DNA of 53,224 bases from Verrucomicrobiia bacterium (GTDB lineage Bacteria; Verrucomicrobiota; Verrucomicrobiia; Limisphaerales; UBA11358), in NCBI GenBank assembly GCA_036510395.1, contig DATCDZ010000063.1, positions 1 through 53,224 of the forward strand. The letters are read 5' to 3'. Shown here one piece after another: positions 52,831 to 53,224 of the stretch. The stretch's first letter is position 1. Every line of letters begins with the position of its first letter. Position numbers and translations under genes: made by a program. Below the pieces are notes generated by a model. That model was given only the letters and a program-made list of their open reading frames with translations. It searched no databases and was not told the DNA's origin.

Positions 52831-52916
52831 TTTCACTCCGCCGTCGCCAGTTCCATGTCGCGCGTGTAATACAAAATCCGGCCGCAGCTTGAGCAGGTCA
52901 CGATCTCCTTCTGCGC
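52831..52916. repeat. 86-bp direct repeat, copy 2: the functional 3' end of the COG1579 gene
   Basis: See 52214-52299. Confidence 0.9.
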
Positions 52917-53224
52917 CTGGCACGACACGATCAACTGCGCCTGCAATTTCATGTGGCAGCCGCCGCAGACTCCGTGGTCTATGCCCACCACCGCGTTGTC
53001 GCCCTTGCTTTTGAGAAGCCGGTCGTAACGGTTGCGCGCGGATTCATCCACGCCGGACGCCAGTTCCGCGCGGCCCGACTGCAACGCGGCGAGTTCCTTC
53101 TTGAAATTTTCCTCGCGCTGGCCGAGTTCGGCGATCAGGCTGTCGGCAAGTTTCTTCGCCTCGTTCGCCTCGGCGGTCGCAAGGACAACATCTTTTTGCG
53201 CCGCCTCGGCCTGTTCCATCAAAA
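52833..53224 (-). CDS. COG1579-type coiled-coil / C4 zinc-ribbon protein; the 5' end probably lies beyond the window edge
   Basis: A coiled-coil region is followed by 'GVCGGCHMKL...VTCSSCGRILY' (two CxxC pairs). The frame stays open to the window edge. Confidence 0.75.
   Translation of the reverse strand, partial: LMEQAEAAQKDVVLATAEANEAKKLADSLIAELGQREENFKKELAALQSGRAELASGVDESARNRYDRLLKSKGDNAVVGIDHGVCGGCHMKLQAQLIVSCQAQKEIVTCSSCGRILYYTRDMELATAE

Noticed and set aside
1-53224. Search for rRNA, tRNA, tmRNA, riboswitch-like leaders and CRISPR arrays
   Set aside because: The intergenic regions are short and are mostly accounted for by the palindromic repeat families. I saw no cloverleaf-like or rRNA-like sequence. 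By-eye scanning cannot exclude small ncRNAs.

Overview
This 53,224-nt chromosomal window holds about 48 protein-coding genes. I found no rRNA, tRNA or CRISPR array. The gene content (ECF sigma/anti-sigma pairs, pilin-like 'LLPALSSAKRKAQ' helices, giant envelope proteins, archaeal-type apgM) points to a PVC-group bacterium, probably Verrucomicrobiota; that placement is inference only.

Housekeeping genes:
- dsbD (runs off the left edge and is missing from the ORF track)
- uvrD/pcrA, cls, aroC, trpA, manC and gatC-gatA
- a long minus-strand operon kdsA-kdsC-lptC-lptA-lptB-hprK-ptsH
- pgsA and apgM

Accessory genes:
- A four-gene operon (4417-16863) of an ECF sigma factor, an anti-sigma::vWA fusion, a protein with a redox-dead thioredoxin fold, and a 2,187-aa internally duplicated polytopic giant. 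This is my best candidate for an undescribed system.
- A TetR-MFP-RND efflux operon with a start/stop-overlapping orphan histidine kinase, preceded by an output-less CHASE3 protein.
- A second ECF module.
- Two secreted repeat proteins that share a C-terminal '...FYR' module.
- A stand-alone retropepsin-like protease.
- A small toxin-antitoxin islet at the right end (hicBA, an orphan HicB, XRE, and a DUF2283 pair).

The strongest sequence-level signal is a set of at least seven small palindromic repeat families.
- Several copies sit inside coding regions as in-frame insertions: 72 bp in the dsbD linker, 102 bp with a 14-bp target duplication in an Ate/Bpt-like transferase, and 135 bp splitting the lipoprotein signal peptide of the giant gene.
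- Other copies end at, or supply, the stop codons of neighbouring genes.
- An 86-bp direct repeat differing only at silent sites brackets a two-gene TA-like cassette at the 3' end of a COG1579 zinc-ribbon gene.
- A duplicated promoter brackets a low-GC NHL-repeat gene.

Everything was read by eye. Repeat boundaries are good to about 2 nt. All family names are motif-level recognitions, not database hits.
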